In this document: piece by piece, positions 60,069 through 64,000 of the stretch
How the letters are laid out: every line of letters begins with the position of its first letter
Numbering within the stretch: position 1 is the stretch's first letter
Assembly (NCBI GenBank): GCA_965279375.1
Contig: OZ257156.1
Location: 3,488,001 to 3,552,000 of the forward strand
Direction of reading: 5' to 3'
DNA from: Gemmatimonas sp.
GTDB taxonomy: Bacteria > Gemmatimonadota > Gemmatimonadetes > Gemmatimonadales > Gemmatimonadaceae
DNA length: 64,000 bases
Position numbers and translations under genes: made by a program
The notes under the pieces: generated by a model
What the model saw: the letters and a program-made list of their open reading frames with translations, nothing else
What the model was told of the DNA's origin: nothing
Database searches by the model: none

Positions 60069-61270
60069 TGGCGGCGACGGTGAGCGATAACTCCTCGATT
60101 GGCGATCGGCGCGCCCTGATCCTCGTGCTGGACGGTGTCGGCTGCGGCGAGGCCCCGGACACGGCCGTCTACGGCGATTCGGGAAGCGACACGCTTGGCA
60201 ACGTCGCGCGCGCGGTGGGAGGTCTCACTCTCCCGAATCTGGAACGACTCGGGCTCGGCAACCTCTCGCGCATCGAGGGTGTCACGCCAGTGGCCCATCC
60301 CGTTGCGGCATGGGGCACCATGCTACCGCGGTCCTCAGGAAAGGACTCCACGACCGGACACTGGGAAATCGCCGGTCTGCACCTCGCGAAGCCCTTTCCG
60401 ACCTACCGTCACGGATTCCCTCCCGAGGTGATCGAGCGCTTCAGCGCGGCCACGGGCCGTCCAGTCATCGCCAACACGGTGACCAGCGGTACCGCGGTGA
60501 TCACCGATTTCGCTGACGAGCAGCAGCGCACCGGCGCCTGGATCGTGTACACGAGCGCGGATTCGGTTTTCCAGATCGCGGCACACGAAGAGCTGATTCC
60601 GCTGGAGGAGCTCTATCGGGCTTGCGAGATCGCACGGACCCAGCTGGTCGCACCGCACGACGTGTCGCGCGTGATTGCGCGGCCATTCACGGGAACCTCT
60701 GGGGCGTGGACGCGTACCGCCAACCGGCGCGATTACTCCATTCAGCCGCCGGGCGAAACGCTGCTCGACGCGTTGGCGGCGGCGGGGATCGATCGGGCCG
60801 GGGTGGGGAAGGTCGACGATCTGTTCGCCGGACGGTCGATCGTCTCGCAGCACACGGTGGACAACGCCGACGGGATCGAGCAGATCCTCGCGTGGCTGAC
60901 GGGCCCTTCACGTGGGTTCTGCTTTGCGAATCTGGTAGATTTTGACCAACTCTTCGGGCACAGAAACGATGTCCGCGGATTCCAGGGTGCGCTCGAGGCC
61001 ATTGATCGCGCGCTACCCAGACTGCTGTCTGCACTTCACGAGGACGACCTGCTGTTGATTACCGCCGATCATGGAAACGACCCGACGACGCCGTCCACGG
61101 ACCACGCGCGGGAGCGCGTGCCGCTGCTGGTGGTAGGAGCACGGGTGCGCGGTGGGTCGGTTGGCGAGCGCAGTACGTTCTCCGATCTTGGCGCGACGGT
61201 CGCGGAGTGGCTCGGCGTCCCCTTCAGGGGGGCAGGTACGTCGTTCCTGGCCCAAATCCAGATCGCATGA
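60068..61270 (+). CDS. deoB: Phosphopentomutase
   Basis: LDGVGCG, GKDSTTGHWE, YTSADSVFQ, NLVDFD..FGHR, TADHGNDP. Confidence 0.96.
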   Translation: MAATVSDNSSIGDRRALILVLDGVGCGEAPDTAVYGDSGSDTLGNVARAVGGLTLPNLERLGLGNLSRIEGVTPVAHPVAAWGTMLPRSSGKDSTTGHWEIAGLHLAKPFPTYRHGFPPEVIERFSAATGRPVIANTVTSGTAVITDFADEQQRTGAWIVYTSADSVFQIAAHEELIPLEELYRACEIARTQLVAPHDVSRVIARPFTGTSGAWTRTANRRDYSIQPPGETLLDALAAAGIDRAGVGKVDDLFAGRSIVSQHTVDNADGIEQILAWLTGPSRGFCFANLVDFDQLFGHRNDVRGFQGALEAIDRALPRLLSALHEDDLLLITADHGNDPTTPSTDHARERVPLLVVGARVRGGSVGERSTFSDLGATVAEWLGVPFRGAGTSFLAQIQIA

Positions 61271-61713
61271 GTGCTCCGTCGAGTGCTCCGTCGTCAGCGG
61301 TCGCCTCGCTGTCCGTCCAGGAGGCGAAGCTGCGCAGCGCGGCGGATTCGGCGCGCGCCAATGCGTGGTGCCCGTACTCCCGCTATCCTGTAGGGGCGGC
61401 GCTCGAGGCGGAGGATGGTCGAATCTTCGCCGGCTGCAACGTCGAGAACGCATCGTACCCTGCCGGAACCTGCGCTGAACGTGTCGCCCTCGGGACGGCC
61501 GTCGCAGCCGGGGCTCGGCGCTTTACGCGGGTTGTCATCACGTCGGCGGCAGCTGTGCCGACGCCTCCCTGTGGTATCTGTCGGCAGGCGCTCGTGGAGT
61601 TCGCACCTGATCTCGAGGTCATTGCGATCTCACCACACGGGCAGACAGCGCGCTGGTCGCTCGCTGAACTGCTTCCTGCTCCCTTCACGCCTGCTTCGCT
61701 CGAGAATGCCTGA
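61267..61713 (+). CDS. cdd: Cytidine deaminase (homotetrameric type)
   Basis: PYS.YPVGAA, GCNVENASY, CAER, PCGICRQ. Confidence 0.95.
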   Translation: MSAPSSAPSSAVASLSVQEAKLRSAADSARANAWCPYSRYPVGAALEAEDGRIFAGCNVENASYPAGTCAERVALGTAVAAGARRFTRVVITSAAAVPTPPCGICRQALVEFAPDLEVIAISPHGQTARWSLAELLPAPFTPASLENA

Positions 61714-63007
61714 GCGTTTTTCGCTGTCTCTCTGGTTGCGTCGTCATCGTGCGCGCGCGGCTGTCTTGCTCACCGCGTCTGTCGTCGCTGTTGCGGCCGG
61801 ATGCACGGAGTCCTTCGACGGCGGTGCGGCTTGCCCGTCCTTGTGCCCCAGCAAGCCCGTCGCGTTCAAGGACACCACCTTTGAAGCGGTGGTGCTGGAC
61901 ACGTCGATTGCCGGCTATCCGTCGCTCGGACTCTCGAGCACCCTGCTGCTCGCCAATCGACCGGACACCGTCGTGACGCGCGCCGTGCTGCGTTTTGACA
62001 TCCTTCCGACGGCGTTCAATCCCAATCGCGGCGCCGATACGGCCTCGATCACGGCGATCGATTCTGTGTTCTTGCGACTACCGCTCGACACGACCGGCCG
62101 CCGCGGCACGTCGAAGCTCACGCTCGACGTCTTCGACGTGGACACGACGGAAAGTGATTCCGTGCAGTCGGTGGTGAAGGGGCTCTTTCGTCCGAACCGG
62201 TTGATCAGTTCGTTCGACTTCACACCGTCCGCCACGACGGACACGCTCTTTGTGCCGCTCTCGCGCGCAGCGGTCCTCGCCAAGGTCGTGAACAAGTCGC
62301 GGCTCCGACTGGGACTGCAACTGCGCGGCGGGTCCGGGCAGTTGCGAATCGTGGCCTACTCACTGGGATCCGGCGCGCCGACGGTGTCCTTCGATCCGAG
62401 CTCCGACACCACGTACGCGCCGGCCACGCTGGTCACCAGCACGTCGCTCTCCTCGACCACGACGGACATCGCGCTGTCGTATCAGGTGTACGCGCTCGTC
62501 GACAAGGGATCGGCAGCGCCTGACGCATCCACGTTGATTGTCGGTGGCTATCCGGCGTATCGCAGCTACCTGCGCTTCAACGTGCCCAAGAGCATCACCG
62601 ATTCCTCCACGATCGTTCGCGCAGAAGTGTTGCTGACCCAGCGTCGCTCGACCTTCGGCAATGCCAACGACACCACGGCGATCGTGCCGTTGGTGCCAAC
62701 CACGACGACCGCGATCACCGATTTCCGCCGCATACTCGATCTCGCGGCGGAAGGAAGCTTCGCCTCGCTCGATACCACGCGGCTGGTGCCGAGTGACAGC
62801 GGCGTGCGCGCGTTGAACGTGTTGGCGCTTGTGCGTACCTGGCCGACCCTTCCGACCACGGTGCCGCGCGCGATCGCGTTCCGCATCAGCAAGGAAGGCG
62901 CGCAACCGGCCGAATTGCGCTTCTACTCCAGCAAGGCGACTCTCGCCGCGCTGCGTCCGCGTCTCCGCGTGACCTACCAACCTCGTACCGAGTTCGCGAT
63001 CCCGTGA
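61706..63007 (+). CDS. Putative lipoprotein, beta-rich, unknown function
   Basis: Basic N-terminus, hydrophobic stretch, lipobox AAG-C, then CPSLCP; Ser/Thr-rich. Confidence 0.7.
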   Translation: MPERFSLSLWLRRHRARAAVLLTASVVAVAAGCTESFDGGAACPSLCPSKPVAFKDTTFEAVVLDTSIAGYPSLGLSSTLLLANRPDTVVTRAVLRFDILPTAFNPNRGADTASITAIDSVFLRLPLDTTGRRGTSKLTLDVFDVDTTESDSVQSVVKGLFRPNRLISSFDFTPSATTDTLFVPLSRAAVLAKVVNKSRLRLGLQLRGGSGQLRIVAYSLGSGAPTVSFDPSSDTTYAPATLVTSTSLSSTTTDIALSYQVYALVDKGSAAPDASTLIVGGYPAYRSYLRFNVPKSITDSSTIVRAEVLLTQRRSTFGNANDTTAIVPLVPTTTTAITDFRRILDLAAEGSFASLDTTRLVPSDSGVRALNVLALVRTWPTLPTTVPRAIAFRISKEGAQPAELRFYSSKATLAALRPRLRVTYQPRTEFAIP

Positions 63008-64000
63008 CGATTCAGCAGCAGGACCGCGCTCGCGCTCGAAACCGTCGCGCCGCCCTCGCGGTGCTCGGCGGTCTGATGTTTCTCGGCCGCGCCGCGTCCG
63101 CACAGGGTACGCTCAGCGGCCTCGGATTCGGCTATCCGGTGGGCGGCACCAGCACGCGCTCGGCCGGTACCGCGGGCGCATTTGGCGAGTTCGATCCGCT
63201 CAGCCCGATCAACCCGGCCTCGCTCGGTGGCATCGAGCGCACGCTGATGGCGGCGCAGACCGAGCCTGAATTCCGTACCCTGCGCTTCGGCACAACGAAG
63301 GAAAGCACCACCGCGCAGCGCGTGCCGTTGCTGATGCTGATCTTTCCGGCGGGACGCGGCGTGGCGGTGTCGATGAGTGCCACGACGTTCCTTGATCGGA
63401 GCTACACCACGATCACCACGGGCTCAGTGGTGGTGGATGGACTGCCGGTTTCCACCAGCGATCGCAACGATGTGCGCGGATCGATGGGCGATCTGCGCGC
63501 GGCTGCAGGCTGGCGCATCAACGATCGTTTCAAGCTTGGCCTGGGCGGGCATCTGTTCACGGGCGACAATGTCGTCGCGCGACGCCGCACCTTCGCGGAC
63601 ACACTGGCGTTCGGCTCCGTCGAAGACTCGTCGCGCGTGACGTACTACGGCATGGCACTCTCCGTCGGCGGCGAAGTGCGCCTGGCCAAGGGCCTGTCCG
63701 CGCAAGCGTCCTATCGGGCGGGTGGTAGCCTCGACTCGCGCATTCGCGACACCGTGCGAAGTCAGGGTAGTGTGCCCGATCGCCGCGGCGTCTCGCTGCG
63801 TTACGACGGAATCACCGGCTCCACCTTCGCGGTCGGCGTCGAACAGTTGGCCTGGGCGCAGATGAAGGGATTGGGGTCGGAGCTGGTGCAGGCGCATGAT
63901 GCCACCAACATCCACGCCGGCGCCGAAGTCGCGGGGCCGCGTCTGCGCGGCTATCCGTTGCTGTTCCGCGTCGGCTACGCCAAGAACGAGCTCCCCTTCG
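63004..64000 (+). CDS. Outer-membrane beta-barrel protein, FadL/OmpP1-like (partial, runs off window end)
   Basis: Open frame from GTG 63004: signal peptide ending ASA|QG, RSAGTAGA and INPASL motifs, alternating beta-strand pattern. Confidence 0.65.
   Translation, partial: MTIQQQDRARARNRRAALAVLGGLMFLGRAASAQGTLSGLGFGYPVGGTSTRSAGTAGAFGEFDPLSPINPASLGGIERTLMAAQTEPEFRTLRFGTTKESTTAQRVPLLMLIFPAGRGVAVSMSATTFLDRSYTTITTGSVVVDGLPVSTSDRNDVRGSMGDLRAAAGWRINDRFKLGLGGHLFTGDNVVARRRTFADTLAFGSVEDSSRVTYYGMALSVGGEVRLAKGLSAQASYRAGGSLDSRIRDTVRSQGSVPDRRGVSLRYDGITGSTFAVGVEQLAWAQMKGLGSELVQAHDATNIHAGAEVAGPRLRGYPLLFRVGYAKNELPF

Noticed and set aside
61269..61292. 12-bp tandem repeat GAGTGCTCCGTC x2
   Set aside because: In-frame low-complexity SAPS-SAPS at the cdd N-terminus; only two copies, not a CRISPR or contingency locus

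Overview
GC-rich bacterial core-chromosome window. Gene content and order suggest Gemmatimonadota (Gemmatimonas-like); this is an inference. Almost all genes are on the + strand and translationally coupled. In order: (1) amtB 3' end and an unannotated 52-aa membrane protein; (2) tilS-hpt-ftsH-cdaA-DUF2723-yggS-divIVA-PNP (frameshifted)-ileS-dksA-lspA-lspA-rluD; (3) a ~14.6 kb chemosensory-like cluster (cheW, cheY, cheA, cheC, TPR, DUF4388, MglA-like GTPase, tandem DnaA-AAA+ protein, DUF4388-TPR, cheD, cheB, cheW, TPR) with no chemoreceptor, CheR or MglB; (4) an HEXXH metallopeptidase, tRNA-Val and an exported TPR protein; (5) the dcw cluster (rsmH to ftsZ), with DnaA-box-like sites upstream of ftsZ; (6) M23 peptidase, vWA-like protein, ftsY, recG, asnS, mazG, alr, deoB, cdd, a lipoprotein and a partial outer-membrane protein. 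The best candidate for an undescribed system is the Che/MglA/double-DnaA module. No mobile elements or CRISPR arrays were seen.
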